From Candidatus Thorarchaeota archaeon SMTZ1-45 (GTDB lineage: Archaea; Asgardarchaeota; Thorarchaeia; Thorarchaeales; Thorarchaeaceae), in assembly GCA_001563335.1 (NCBI GenBank), contig LRSL01000037.1:1-53151 (forward strand): a DNA stretch of 53,151 nt, given 5' to 3'. The stretch's first letter is position 1, and each line of letters begins with the position of its first letter. The notes beneath the pieces are model-generated. The model was not told the DNA's origin, did no database searches, and saw nothing but the letters and a program-made list of their open reading frames with translations. Shown here piece by piece: positions 9,911-20,426 of this stretch. A program made the position numbers and the translations under genes.

Positions 9911-10831
9911 ATGAAGAAAGCGAAACCTGCAATTTTAGTTACTGGTGGAGCAGGTGCCATTGGATCGGCACTTGTTGAGCATCTTTTGAAAACGATGGGA
10001 ACCACCCATACGATTCGAGTATTCGATAGTGATGAGTATGGAATTTGGCAGCTCCAACAAAAACTCAGAGGAAATCCAAACGTACGATATTTCCTTGGAA
10101 GTGTTAGAGACTATCCTCGAATCGAAGACGCAATGTATGGTGTGCAATATGTCTTTCATACTGCTGCATACAAACATGTCGCACTATGTGAATACAATCC
10201 ATTTGATGCTGTTGAAACCAATGTTATTGGTACTCAAAATACAATTCGAGCTGCAATAGCTTCAGGCACAGTTGAGAAATTCCTGTATATCAGCACTGAC
10301 AAGGCTGTAAACCCAACGAGCTTGATGGGTGCAACAAAACTCATTGGTGAACGATTAGTTATGGCTGCCAAATATGTAAGTGGTCTCCGACCTGCGAAAT
10401 TTAGTGCCGCTCGATTTCCTAATGTTATCCAAACAAGAGGAAACGTCTTTGAAGCATGGCCAATGCAGCTAAAACAGAATGGAAAGATACTGGTGACTGA
10501 TCCTGAAATGACTCGATATTTCCTAACCATTGATGCTGCAATAAAATTCCTAATGGAAGCTTTTGAGCATATGGAGGGTGGTGAAGTGTTTATTCCAAAT
10601 CTAACTGAGGCTGATACACGAAAGATTATTGATGTAGCAGAGGAGTGGCTTTCAGCTCAGGATGTGAAGGGAGAGATTGTGTTTGGCTCGCCTGAATTTG
10701 GTGAGAAGTTATTTGAGAAGTTGCATACCGATGTGGAAGCTCCATATATTGAAGTTCTAAGTGACACTCTGCGTGTAATTCGAACTCCAGGTTATGATTT
10801 CATTCGCTGGATGCCTGATGAACGAAAATAG
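9911..10831 (+). CDS. NDP-sugar 4,6-dehydratase, CapD/PseB/PglF family SDR
   Basis: TGGAGAIG, FHTAAYKHV, NPFDAVETN, ISTDKAVNP, MGATK, TDPEMTRY and GEKL motifs. Confidence 0.9.
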   Translation: MKKAKPAILVTGGAGAIGSALVEHLLKTMGTTHTIRVFDSDEYGIWQLQQKLRGNPNVRYFLGSVRDYPRIEDAMYGVQYVFHTAAYKHVALCEYNPFDAVETNVIGTQNTIRAAIASGTVEKFLYISTDKAVNPTSLMGATKLIGERLVMAAKYVSGLRPAKFSAARFPNVIQTRGNVFEAWPMQLKQNGKILVTDPEMTRYFLTIDAAIKFLMEAFEHMEGGEVFIPNLTEADTRKIIDVAEEWLSAQDVKGEIVFGSPEFGEKLFEKLHTDVEAPYIEVLSDTLRVIRTPGYDFIRWMPDERK

Positions 10832-10950
10832 GATCAAGGAAATCTTTTGAAAGAAACATTCCTTAGCTTGCAATTTATGCAACAGAGACCAAAGAAATCC
10901 AAATTAGTATTATATAGAAAAACATGAAGAAGTTCGTCTGAGGTTTTAAA

Positions 10951-11373
10951 ATGACTGAGGAATACTGGTCCCCATGTGTACTTGAAGATGTAAATATCGA
11001 TACTCGATTATACATGGGTGGTCCTTACTATACATCTGCATCTGACACTGATTTTGAAGCCCTATTCCTATTACCTTTACCTACTCAAAAAGGTGCAGCA
11101 AGGCTTCATGTCGGAGATGTTAAAGTGAATATCTTTGATGCAAATCCTAACGATAGTGTGGATCGAATAATTGTATATGCTGCTTCCTGGAACGGGCTCG
11201 TTACTCTTCTGGATGATAGCACGAAAAGAGCCGCAAAAGGGTCGTATACATATCCGATTCCGTGGAAGGATGTTAGTGCCTTCGAAAAGGTTGTTGTACG
11301 AGTCTTCTGTGTAGTATCAGCACCAAAGGGATTGGACATTTCAAGTATTCAGGTTAAATGCAAATACATGTAG
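10951..11373 (+). CDS. Hypothetical beta-rich protein
   Basis: Clean 140-aa ORF with GAGG upstream; no family recognised. Confidence 0.6.
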   Translation: MTEEYWSPCVLEDVNIDTRLYMGGPYYTSASDTDFEALFLLPLPTQKGAARLHVGDVKVNIFDANPNDSVDRIIVYAASWNGLVTLLDDSTKRAAKGSYTYPIPWKDVSAFEKVVVRVFCVVSAPKGLDISSIQVKCKYM

Positions 11374-11386
11374 ATAACAATATAGG

Positions 11387-11422
11387 ATGACTGATTGAAA
11401 TGTAAATCAGTCATTTCTTTTA
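11387..11422 (+). terminator. Stem-loop plus T-run between convergent genes
   Basis: ATGACTGATT (11387-11396) pairs with AATCAGTCAT (11405-11414), followed by TTCTTTTT. Confidence 0.5.
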
Positions 11423-11481
11423 TTATCCAAATAGATTCAAATTTCCTATATGCCATTCATTTGAGGAATTCATTATCCTCT

Positions 11482-12873
11482 TCAAGTTGTTCGAAAACCT
11501 CTGAATGTTTCATCTCGTTCCAAGTAGAGTATCCTAGCAGTTTCAATCATTTTCTCTTTTAGATGATCGAAGTAATTTTCTAGTAATTTTCTATTTGCTT
11601 CAAAGAGATATTGATAGAATTCATCATCAGATAAGGGTGTGAAATTAACTGCAAGAAGGTCCGAATTGGTGTGTTTATTTTCGTAGAAATCTTCGACATC
11701 TTTGAGCAAACCTCTCTCAATAGCATAGTTATACAAATCCGATCCTGGGTATGGTGTGACTGGTCGTATTGTTCTCATTTGTGAATGATCGTCATATTTC
11801 AGAAGGAATTGTACTCCTTTTTCAAGGACCTTCTCATCCTCATCGATATTTCCCCATATAATGTTGAAACCTGGTGAGATGCCTGCTTCTAATGTGTTTT
11901 CAATTCCCACAGTTATTTGCTCAACAGTCAGATTCTTGTTCATCTTCTTCAATGAAGCATCATCGTAACTTTCAATTCCATAATTAATGAAAACGCAACC
12001 CGCCTTCTTCATAAGATCTAGAATCTCTGGTTTGGCAAAGTTAAGCCGTCCGTTACAATCCCATCTAATGTCTAGTCCTGACTCAATGAATGCATTGCAT
12101 AAGTCCTTGGTTCTCTGCGGAGAAACCATTGTTAGCTCATCTGCAAATGCGAAATACGTAATTCCATAATCCTCGTGTAAGAGGCGCATCTCTTGAACAA
12201 CATTTTCAGGACTCCTTAATCTGATTCCTTCATCCATTCTATAACAGAAATTACACCTATACGGACAGCCACGAGAACTAATAATCGGTAAACAACGATC
12301 ACTATTGTTGATATGAGGCATTCGTAGCAAAGAATAGTAGTCGATCGGGAATAGGTCATAGGCTGGAAACGGAATTGTATCCAAATCTTGTATCAAGGGT
12401 TGCCTATCTGTAACGACACATTCTCCATTCTCATCCATGAAACCAATCCCTTTCACATTTCGAAGGTCATCTCCAGTTTCAAATGCACTCAATAGATTTG
12501 GTGTGCTGATTTCACCTTCGCCAATTACTACTGCATCTGCTCCGGTCTTTTTCAGGAAATATTCTGGTTCAGGTGACGGTCCATGACCGCCAATTATGTA
12601 TCGAGGTCTGTCCTCGACCTTGGTTATTGCATCTGAAATTTTCAAAAGTTTTCGATACTGATAGTATCCTCCAATGACACCAACGCCAACAACATCAAAG
12701 CAATTGTTAGTTAGATAGTCTGTTAAGTGAGGTTCGGGATAATGATAGACATCCTGGTTGTAAATTGTAATATCATGTCCTGCTTCCCTAAGCACTGCAG
12801 CAAGGTAGGCTATACCTTGAGGGAACCAATGAATATAGGAATCATTGTCGTAGATTACAAAACAGACTTTCAT
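11482..12873 (-). CDS. Cobalamin-binding radical SAM protein (class B methyltransferase-like)
   Basis: N-terminal B12 domain (GIAYLAAVL, IGGHGPS, GEGE); SRGCPYRCNFC; GIES; PYPGS. Confidence 0.9.
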   Translation of the reverse strand: MKVCFVIYDNDSYIHWFPQGIAYLAAVLREAGHDITIYNQDVYHYPEPHLTDYLTNNCFDVVGVGVIGGYYQYRKLLKISDAITKVEDRPRYIIGGHGPSPEPEYFLKKTGADAVVIGEGEISTPNLLSAFETGDDLRNVKGIGFMDENGECVVTDRQPLIQDLDTIPFPAYDLFPIDYYSLLRMPHINNSDRCLPIISSRGCPYRCNFCYRMDEGIRLRSPENVVQEMRLLHEDYGITYFAFADELTMVSPQRTKDLCNAFIESGLDIRWDCNGRLNFAKPEILDLMKKAGCVFINYGIESYDDASLKKMNKNLTVEQITVGIENTLEAGISPGFNIIWGNIDEDEKVLEKGVQFLLKYDDHSQMRTIRPVTPYPGSDLYNYAIERGLLKDVEDFYENKHTNSDLLAVNFTPLSDDEFYQYLFEANRKLLENYFDHLKEKMIETARILYLERDETFRGFRTT

Positions 12874-13031
12874 CGAAATCGGTTTCTGAGAATTTGGATT
12901 GGATATAAGTCAACCCCTTGAAACAACTCGTTGACTAGAATTTCAAATTAATAGTACACCGCCTAATATTCAGTATAGGTTATATGTGGTTTTACTTCAC
13001 CTCCTTGTGGATTTAGACGAGGTCCCGAACT

Positions 13032-14084
13032 TTGTCCATAAAGAAATGGATTATGAAACAGTATTGGCGGATTGGTGCAATTCGTGCACTCACAAGTTTA
13101 GCCCTAGGTATGTTTGTGCTTGGAAGGCTTTACTATGAGTATGTTCCAGTCTTGCAGGATATGGGTCTTATCGGTGCACTTCTTTTGGGAAGCGCTCTTG
13201 TCCTAGTGTTTATGGGCCTCGGATGGATATACGATGTCAAAGGAAGAATGTGGAGTCCACAAGCTCAAGCAACAGTTGAGCGAAGTCCCTTCAGCTATGT
13301 GGCTGATTACCGGTCTTATGCAGTTGATTACGCTGTCTTTTACTCTATACTTAAGACTTTGAAAAGAATTGAATCCAAACTTGGTCTTGGTACTGAATCA
13401 ACTGATGATGTCTTAGTATATCTTGATGGATTTTTTCATAGAGGAATCAATCGCAAAGACATCTTCTCAGCCTTGAAAGATGCGACAGATTTCATGCAAG
13501 ACCATCCATTCACTCAACAGTCAGATGTGGCAGAAAGAACTCCCAGTCTTGGTGGAAAAGCAAAGTTGAGTTTCCAAGTTCAGATGCTTCGTCTTACGTG
13601 GATACAATCGCTGACTGGCTTATTTCAAGATGTTCTCATCTTTGGAACCTTTGTAATAACTTTGGTATATTTTGAGGGGTCTGATGTGATTGGCGGAGTA
13701 GTTCCACTTGAAATCCTGATTTTTGGATTCTTTGTTGTTTCTCTACCCTTATTCGTCCTTCTTGCTGTCCTGGGATGGTTCTATGACAGGAAATTACAGA
13801 TATGGACTCCCGACCTTATGGTCCAAGTGGAGCGAAATCCGTTTACATATGTTGCTGAACCCCGATTACATATTTTGGTCCTTCCTGCGCTTATCGTTGT
13901 CCTAGAAACCTTACGACAGGTTCTATTGTCACTTGGTGAAGAAACTAGTGAGGTTGAACAAATCCTTACTTACATCAAGGAATACAGCAAACTAGATGTT
14001 ACTAGGGATGAGGACATGGAGCATGCGAGAAACCTAAGAAAAAGCCTGGGTGTATTATTCAAAGCAGAAGAAGGGAGAGTTTGA
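13032..14084 (+). CDS. Hypothetical membrane protein with two internal repeats
   Basis: Two TM-hairpin units, each followed by GW.YD...W.P....VER.PF.YVA. Confidence 0.7.
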   Translation: MSIKKWIMKQYWRIGAIRALTSLALGMFVLGRLYYEYVPVLQDMGLIGALLLGSALVLVFMGLGWIYDVKGRMWSPQAQATVERSPFSYVADYRSYAVDYAVFYSILKTLKRIESKLGLGTESTDDVLVYLDGFFHRGINRKDIFSALKDATDFMQDHPFTQQSDVAERTPSLGGKAKLSFQVQMLRLTWIQSLTGLFQDVLIFGTFVITLVYFEGSDVIGGVVPLEILIFGFFVVSLPLFVLLAVLGWFYDRKLQIWTPDLMVQVERNPFTYVAEPRLHILVLPALIVVLETLRQVLLSLGEETSEVEQILTYIKEYSKLDVTRDEDMEHARNLRKSLGVLFKAEEGRV

Positions 14085-14088
14085 GATT

Positions 14089-14592
14089 ATGAGAATAAGA
14101 AAATGGTTGATGAAACAACAATGGAGAATTGTGCAAATCAGAGGTATTTGGAGTCTCTTTTACGGAATCCTGCTTCTCGCAATAGCATACTTCGAGTTCA
14201 TTCCCTTCTTTGCAGCAATGGGTACATTTGGTCCATTTGTTTTTGCAGGAATCTTACTATTTCTTTTCCTCATCTTAGGATACATTTACGACCGTGTTCT
14301 AGTTATGTGGGCACCTTCACAGGAAGTAACTATGGAACGAAATCCATATCAATATGTACCTAGTCCGAAAGAGCATATTTTTTGGTTTCCTCTGTATTCA
14401 GTCTTACTTGATAGCGTTGAGAAGGTTGCTCAGAAATTCGATGTTGATACTGATGCAATCGATGCAGCCCGGGAGTACTACTCAGAACTTGAAAAAATGA
14501 GTCCTGCGATAAAAGAGGATCTAGATAGAGCATTAGATTTAAGATTGGAGTTTATGTCCAAGAATCCATTTTGGGAATCTGATGAGGACTAG
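14089..14592 (+). CDS. Hypothetical membrane protein, single-repeat paralogue of the upstream gene
   Basis: MRIRKWLMKQQWRI matches upstream MSIKKWIMKQYWRI, supporting ATG 14089; GYIYD...WAP....MERNPYQYV. Confidence 0.7.
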   Translation: MRIRKWLMKQQWRIVQIRGIWSLFYGILLLAIAYFEFIPFFAAMGTFGPFVFAGILLFLFLILGYIYDRVLVMWAPSQEVTMERNPYQYVPSPKEHIFWFPLYSVLLDSVEKVAQKFDVDTDAIDAAREYYSELEKMSPAIKEDLDRALDLRLEFMSKNPFWESDED

Positions 14593-14599
14593 ATGGATG

Positions 14600-16024
14600 C
14601 TATGAGCCATCATCATTTTCCTCAATTTCCAATCCCTTAAGGAAAGACTTGATATTTTGTACTGCATTTGATTTGAAGAAGAACTCAACATCCAACTCCT
14701 GTGAACTTTTCCTTCCTTCAATATAATCCATCATTTGTTTTGGCGTTGAAACTTTGTTGACATTATTGCTTTCCAGCAGTGGTGCCATTAATTCAATGCC
14801 GGGTGCTTCAACAAGGAAAGTCTGCAATCCAAATGCAAGACCTTCATAAACTGCAGTTGAATAAACTCCAACTGATATGCTTGACTCTGCAAAGAGCTCA
14901 TGAAGAACAGCTTCCGGTTGATCTATAACTCTAACCCTGCTCTCAGCTAGCCAGGGATATGACTCTCTCCACATTGACAGTTCCTGAGGATGAAGTTTGT
15001 AAACAATCTCGTAGTCAAGTCCAACAATGTTACTCAGCTGCGCCGCAAATTTGGACAGTCTATCCCCGATTGTGTACTGAGAGATGAATATTATCTGCTT
15101 CTTCTTTGATAACCCTGAATAGCTGTCTTTCTTCATGTTGATATATGGGAAACCAACGCTGATTGCATTTTCAAGCTGAATTGGTAAGGGAGCAACTGTA
15201 TTCCAATAATCCCCCCACGAAAAAAGGAAGTCAGGGAAATACTCCTTCCTCCTCTCAGGACCTGCAAAAGAATAACCCGGTTGATAGGGACCAATGATGC
15301 CATGTTGCAGTTCTGCTGTGGGAATCCCAAGAGATTTGCTAACTTCAATGAGGTCTTCCCATCCATAACTCTGCGCGAAAATCACAATCTTTGGTGAGAT
15401 TCGTTTTAGCATCTTCCTATAATGTGGAAGTCGAGCTTTTCTTTCCTCTAGAATCCTTTTTGTCAATGATACCATGTCCAGCTGAAAACTGAATCTTTTA
15501 TCTATCTCCTCTTGAATTTGCATGAGTATCCCAATCTCTTCGTTGCTGAAGGAGATTCTAGCAAATCCAAGTTTTCGTTTTAGATAGGATAAGAACTCGA
15601 TGTAATCAAGAAATCTCAGGCTCTTTGTTTTGGCTGGAGAATAATGTTTGTTCTCAAAGTGTGTCTCAATCGCTAGTGGCGGCGGATCAAATGATTGGAT
15701 GATCGGATCTGTATAGATGTCCCAGTAATATCCATCCTTCTCTAATAGTCGCCGCGCACTACAAACAAACAACAAATCAGATTTGGGAGCATATCGTGCA
15801 TTCTTTCCCACTTTGAAAACGGAAAGTAAAAGTCTCTTGAGTCTTCGTCTTCCTGGTTTCACTCCCAGCTCAGCTTTTGATTTTCCTAGCTCACGTCTTC
15901 CTACAGCTGCATATACTTGGAATCTAATCCTTTCCCAGAAGTTTACACCCTGAATAGAGACTCTGAATAAACCAAGGTCATCTTCCATTTCTTGGAATTT
16001 ATTGAAGTCCTCTATCCAGCTCAT
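14600..16024 (-). CDS. Putative GT-B nonulosonate/sialyl-type transferase (capsule-biosynthesis-like)
   Basis: ELQHG, PD..FSWG, GFP, FISQ, KLHPQE and STAVYEGL motifs typical of transferase-like proteins in neu clusters. Confidence 0.6.
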   Translation of the reverse strand: MSWIEDFNKFQEMEDDLGLFRVSIQGVNFWERIRFQVYAAVGRRELGKSKAELGVKPGRRRLKRLLLSVFKVGKNARYAPKSDLLFVCSARRLLEKDGYYWDIYTDPIIQSFDPPPLAIETHFENKHYSPAKTKSLRFLDYIEFLSYLKRKLGFARISFSNEEIGILMQIQEEIDKRFSFQLDMVSLTKRILEERKARLPHYRKMLKRISPKIVIFAQSYGWEDLIEVSKSLGIPTAELQHGIIGPYQPGYSFAGPERRKEYFPDFLFSWGDYWNTVAPLPIQLENAISVGFPYINMKKDSYSGLSKKKQIIFISQYTIGDRLSKFAAQLSNIVGLDYEIVYKLHPQELSMWRESYPWLAESRVRVIDQPEAVLHELFAESSISVGVYSTAVYEGLAFGLQTFLVEAPGIELMAPLLESNNVNKVSTPKQMMDYIEGRKSSQELDVEFFFKSNAVQNIKSFLKGLEIEENDDGS

Positions 16025-16067
16025 GCAACTCTATCTCCAAGGATTCAATCTACTTTAATAGATTCAA

Positions 16068-17240
16068 TTATACTAGCTCAAGAGTCTTTAGGAACAGAGC
16101 CATCTTCAATATCCGAACATCAGGGTTTATATCAAATGCTTCGATGGATTTCATACCCTCTTCTGTAAACCAATCCTGAGCTATTCTCTTATCTGGATGG
16201 ATAGTTTCCATGTACTTCTTGTCCCTGAAGTATGGGTCTCCCGTTCCACCCCACCCAATCTTATCTAGATTTTCGCCCCTTGCTGCAAGCACATTTGGAA
16301 AACCATAATACTCCCGCATAAGTGTCCTAATTGGAGCTTTGTTGACCTTCACCGCAGGGTTGAGATCTAGACACTTTCTCATGAACTCCTTGTGCATGAA
16401 TGGATATACAACTTGGAGATTACATGATTTTGCTGAACGACTTATGAGATTGCCAAAGTTATGCAGCATTGCATCTAGGAGGAAATTATGAATTGAGTTC
16501 CACATTGTTTTTGTCTTAATTTTCTTCTCATATAATTCGCCAATATCTATATCACTGTCCTTTACGAATTGAGTTGCGTGCAATGGTGCCACGTGAGAAA
16601 GGAACCATGCTTTATCTGTGCCATATCTTCGTGCAAGTGGCGGACCATATCTCAACTTCGCAATTGATTTGATATCCGGAACTGCATGAATTCTCGACCG
16701 TTCGTAGTATTTTCGATGGAACGTATAACCAGCGAAGAGCTCATCTAAGCCCAAAGCATTTACTGCAATATCTACACCATCTTTCGCCATCTCATTGAAA
16801 GTCATGTACACCGGGATTGTGCTGTAGGAAATTGTCTTTGTTTTAGATAATGCATCATCTATGAATGGAATCTGTTTAGGCGTGCTGACATCAACAACCT
16901 TCAATGGTGCCTTAGCGAAGTCTGCCGCTATCTTTGCGTACTCAAGCTCTGAGTTTAGTGGGTAATCCCAATCACTATGATAGGCTGTTACATCGATGTC
17001 GGGAAAAATGCGTTTTAAAAGATAGAGTGCAAGACTAGAATCTACACCTCCAGAAAGAGCAAAACCTAGCTTGGAGTCCTTGTAATCCTTAAATGTTTCT
17101 CTAGTTAGTTTGAATAGAAGTTCAGATAGTTCTTCATAATCACTCTTAGAAAGTGATGATGGTGCTTCAGATGCATCATCTCTTGGCCATTCAATCTCTT
17201 GAACAAGGTTCTCTGCGCCAAATACTGTTCTTCCGAACAT
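16068..17240 (-). CDS. Asparagine-synthase-type ATP pyrophosphatase (synthetase domain only)
   Basis: LSGGVDSS PP-loop, GLDELFAGY, YPF, NKAPIR and KIGW; no N-terminal Cys glutaminase domain. ATG 17240 follows GGCGGAGAA. Confidence 0.75.
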   Translation of the reverse strand: MFGRTVFGAENLVQEIEWPRDDASEAPSSLSKSDYEELSELLFKLTRETFKDYKDSKLGFALSGGVDSSLALYLLKRIFPDIDVTAYHSDWDYPLNSELEYAKIAADFAKAPLKVVDVSTPKQIPFIDDALSKTKTISYSTIPVYMTFNEMAKDGVDIAVNALGLDELFAGYTFHRKYYERSRIHAVPDIKSIAKLRYGPPLARRYGTDKAWFLSHVAPLHATQFVKDSDIDIGELYEKKIKTKTMWNSIHNFLLDAMLHNFGNLISRSAKSCNLQVVYPFMHKEFMRKCLDLNPAVKVNKAPIRTLMREYYGFPNVLAARGENLDKIGWGGTGDPYFRDKKYMETIHPDKRIAQDWFTEEGMKSIEAFDINPDVRILKMALFLKTLELV

Positions 17241-17294
17241 TTCTCCGCCTATTTGGAGTACAAGCTCCAAGGCTCCTCTGTCAATCAGGTACTC

Positions 17295-18395
17295 CTACCT
17301 CCTCAGAATTTTCCTCATGAAACCAATAATCCTCTGGTCTCTAGAATGTGTAGCAAACTCGTCATGGCTTCGAATAGGCATCTCCATGAACTCCTCAAAC
17401 TGCTCTTCTGTAATTTTCATTCCTTTCAAAAAGAGCTGTTTCTCTCTTGCTATCTCCTCATCGGTAAAAGGTGGTTCTTTTAATAGTTCGAGTATCTCTT
17501 CTCTGGTTTTTTGACCAGAGCAAATCAATGGCGAATAGTACGCAAGTCTAAAATCAAAACCAAACCGTCTGGGGAAAATGTATGCTTCTACGAACCTAGT
17601 GTAGATATTCTCCTGATGTTTTCTCCCATAATCAGCCCAGCCCCATTCCTCTACGAGTTTCTTAATACTCTCCTCACGATTGTAGTTAATATGATTAAGC
17701 AATCGGTATGATTTTATTCCTCCCCTAGTGAGCCTCCAAGTCTTAGTTAATATGCCAAGGAATTTCGTGTTCTTGAGCGGAATGGTTCCAAACTTCTTGT
17801 GTATTGATCTAATGTTCTTATCATCATGTTGAGTATACACCCATGCTAATGGCATGATTCCTTCAGTTGCCCAATTTCCTCCTGATAGAATTGTTTTGAT
17901 GCCATACTTATCCATGACTTCATGTAATGTTGCAACAATGAGATGATCTGTTACTGCCTCAAGACCCTGAACACCTGCTTTAAAGTATGAGAGAGTAATG
18001 TCGCCAAACTCCTCTTCATCAACATGGACATGCTCAAAATCAAAGCCAGTCTTTTCAACGATAGTCTTCACGTTGTGCTTTGCTTCATTGGTATTCCATC
18101 CATCATCAACATGAAGCAATAGGACATTAAGATCATGTTTCTTTGCAAGATATGCCACCATTCCAGAGTCTATTCCACCGCTAATACCAACAATGGCATC
18201 ATATCTGCTAGGTGAATTTTGCTTGATTTCTGATATGACCTTCTCGATTGGCCTTTTATCAATCCTAGTTTCCCATACATCAAACCACTCTGTGCAGTGA
18301 TTGCAGATTCCATTCTCGTCAAATATGATGTTTGGATCAGTAGTGTCCATCACACATCGATTACATCTTTGATATTCCCTTGATGTCATTTTCAT
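17295..18395 (-). CDS. N-acetyl sugar amidotransferase (WbpG/PseA-like), copy 2
   Basis: CNRCVMDTTDP...CNHC, ISGGIDS and WGWADYGRKHQEN motifs. Confidence 0.9.
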   Translation of the reverse strand: MKMTSREYQRCNRCVMDTTDPNIIFDENGICNHCTEWFDVWETRIDKRPIEKVISEIKQNSPSRYDAIVGISGGIDSGMVAYLAKKHDLNVLLLHVDDGWNTNEAKHNVKTIVEKTGFDFEHVHVDEEEFGDITLSYFKAGVQGLEAVTDHLIVATLHEVMDKYGIKTILSGGNWATEGIMPLAWVYTQHDDKNIRSIHKKFGTIPLKNTKFLGILTKTWRLTRGGIKSYRLLNHINYNREESIKKLVEEWGWADYGRKHQENIYTRFVEAYIFPRRFGFDFRLAYYSPLICSGQKTREEILELLKEPPFTDEEIAREKQLFLKGMKITEEQFEEFMEMPIRSHDEFATHSRDQRIIGFMRKILRR

Positions 18396-18553
18396 ATCTC
18401 TAGACCTGATTGTTATAGCATAAACAGCTTGGACGAACTTTGAAGTCCTTTTATTCTCTTTGCATAGAGGACATCAAAGTGGATTGTTTCAGATAATATG
18501 TTATTAGATTTCCAATCAAGTACCGAACTTTTCCTAGAATACATGATACACTT

Positions 18554-19645
18554 CTAGTCTGCACCTAAGAGCCTTCGTATCCAACCATCAGTCTTGTACT
18601 CATCATGTTGCTTTATTGGAAGGTTCATTATTCTCTCAAATTCCTGTTCAGACCACCCAAATTTCTTTAGAACATATTCGGTGTCTCGTTTCAATTCCTT
18701 CTCATCATAGAGTGATTCCTGCAACACACTCAGTGCTTCAGTCCGATCAATCTGCCCGGATAGAATTAAGGTAGACAAATGGGCTTTTCGTTTATCAATA
18801 TTAAATTTGGTTGGGAGAATGTAAGATTGATAGAATTTTGTGAAGATGGACTCGTGATGTTTCCCACCATAGTCCTCCCAGCCAAGACTCTCAATTAGAA
18901 ATCTCTTTGCTTCTTCACGGTTATAGTCGATATAATTCAGAAATGGAACTGTTTGTATACCCTTTACTTTTCGAAGATAAATCAGACGTAAGAAACCAAG
19001 CATGGGGTAGGTCTTTAGTCTTTTAGTACCAAATTTCTTATGTATGTCCTTTAAATTGGTGAGATCATTTTTTATCCATACCCAACTTCTTGGCATTATG
19101 CCTTCCGTTGCATAATTCGTACCACCCAGTATGCACTTTATTCCTCTCTTCGCACATAGATTACGTATCATTGCCATAATCGCATGATCTGAGGCAACCT
19201 CGATATCAACTACTGACGCCTTGAAATAAGCCAACTGTAAGTCCTTAAATTCCTCCCAATCAATCACATGTGTGTAGAGGTCAACATCTAAATTATTCAA
19301 AACGCGTTCGATATTGGTGACTGCCAGTCTAGAGTCCCAGCCATTGTCTAAATGAACTGCTAGTGGTCTTAGACCAAGCTCAGTTGCTTGATAGACCATG
19401 AATGTACTATCAACTCCCCCTGAGATGCCCGCAATACAGTCATACGGCTTGTTCTTTCCATTCATCTTAATCTCTGTAACTATTTGATCTAGTTTCTTCT
19501 TTCTTTCATCTTCAGGTAGAATGAATTGGTCCATTTGTGAAAGATAATTTGTGCAATGATTGCATACTCCATTCTCATCGAATGTGATTTTGGGATCTGT
19601 TGTGTCCATTACACAGCGTGTACACATTTGATATTCCCTATTCAT
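18554..19645 (-). CDS. N-acetyl sugar amidotransferase (WbpG/PseA-like), copy 1
   Basis: CTRCVMDTTDP...CNHC, ISGGVDS, HLDNGW, YGGKHHES and DKRKAHLS motifs. Confidence 0.92.
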   Translation of the reverse strand: MNREYQMCTRCVMDTTDPKITFDENGVCNHCTNYLSQMDQFILPEDERKKKLDQIVTEIKMNGKNKPYDCIAGISGGVDSTFMVYQATELGLRPLAVHLDNGWDSRLAVTNIERVLNNLDVDLYTHVIDWEEFKDLQLAYFKASVVDIEVASDHAIMAMIRNLCAKRGIKCILGGTNYATEGIMPRSWVWIKNDLTNLKDIHKKFGTKRLKTYPMLGFLRLIYLRKVKGIQTVPFLNYIDYNREEAKRFLIESLGWEDYGGKHHESIFTKFYQSYILPTKFNIDKRKAHLSTLILSGQIDRTEALSVLQESLYDEKELKRDTEYVLKKFGWSEQEFERIMNLPIKQHDEYKTDGWIRRLLGAD

Positions 19646-19661
19646 TGCATTTTCCTCTGAG

Positions 19662-20426
19662 TTAGGTCAGATACTGCCTCAACTCATCCTGGGTTGGATA
19701 ATTGATTAAAACAGCTCTATATGGTCCATGAAAGACAAACATACTTCCAGCAGACACTGCTGAGGCGCCTCCATTTACTATTGCCTCCTTGAAATGCTCA
19801 AGACTTCCAGCTCCACCACAAGCAACTACTGGAATATTCACGGCAGACGCTACAGACTTAATCAGTCCAATATCGTATCCTTTCATTGTGCCATCACGGT
19901 CTATAGAATTAAGAAATATCTCTCCTGCGCCTGCTGATTCAACCATTTTAGCAAATTCCATTGGATTAAGTCCTGTATTTACTGTTCCAGAATGAGTGAA
20001 GACTCGATTTCCTCCTATTCTAGTATTCTTAACATCAATAGAAACAACAACGCTTTGACTCCCAAATAGATTGGCAGCTTTTCTTACGAGTTCCAAGTCA
20101 GTAGCTGCTGAATTGAAAATTACTTTTTCTGACCCCATCTTGAGAATTTTACTAGCAATATCGACACTATGAATTCCTCCTCCATATCCAAAAGGCATGA
20201 AGCATTCAGTAGCGATATCATGAATTAGATCCATCTGTGGTTCTCGCTTCTCAAGTGTAGCAGTTATGTCTAGAAAGACTAATTCATCAACTTCCTTATC
20301 GTTAAAGATTCTGACTGCATTAATCGGGTCACCAACGTATGTTGGATCCTTGAACTTGATTGTTTTTACTAGACCTTGACCGTGGAGTAACAAGCACGGA
20401 ATCACTCTTGTTAGAAGCATTAACAC
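19662..20426 (-). CDS. hisF: HisF-like cyclase paralogue (AglZ/WbuZ type) for glycan amidation
   Basis: RVIPCLL, YVGDPINAVRIFN, DELVFLDI, SIDRDGT and AGSMFVF..RAVLINYP typical of the glycan-cluster paralogue. Confidence 0.88.
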   Translation of the reverse strand: MLMLLTRVIPCLLLHGQGLVKTIKFKDPTYVGDPINAVRIFNDKEVDELVFLDITATLEKREPQMDLIHDIATECFMPFGYGGGIHSVDIASKILKMGSEKVIFNSAATDLELVRKAANLFGSQSVVVSIDVKNTRIGGNRVFTHSGTVNTGLNPMEFAKMVESAGAGEIFLNSIDRDGTMKGYDIGLIKSVASAVNIPVVACGGAGSLEHFKEAIVNGGASAVSAGSMFVFHGPYRAVLINYPTQDELRQYLT

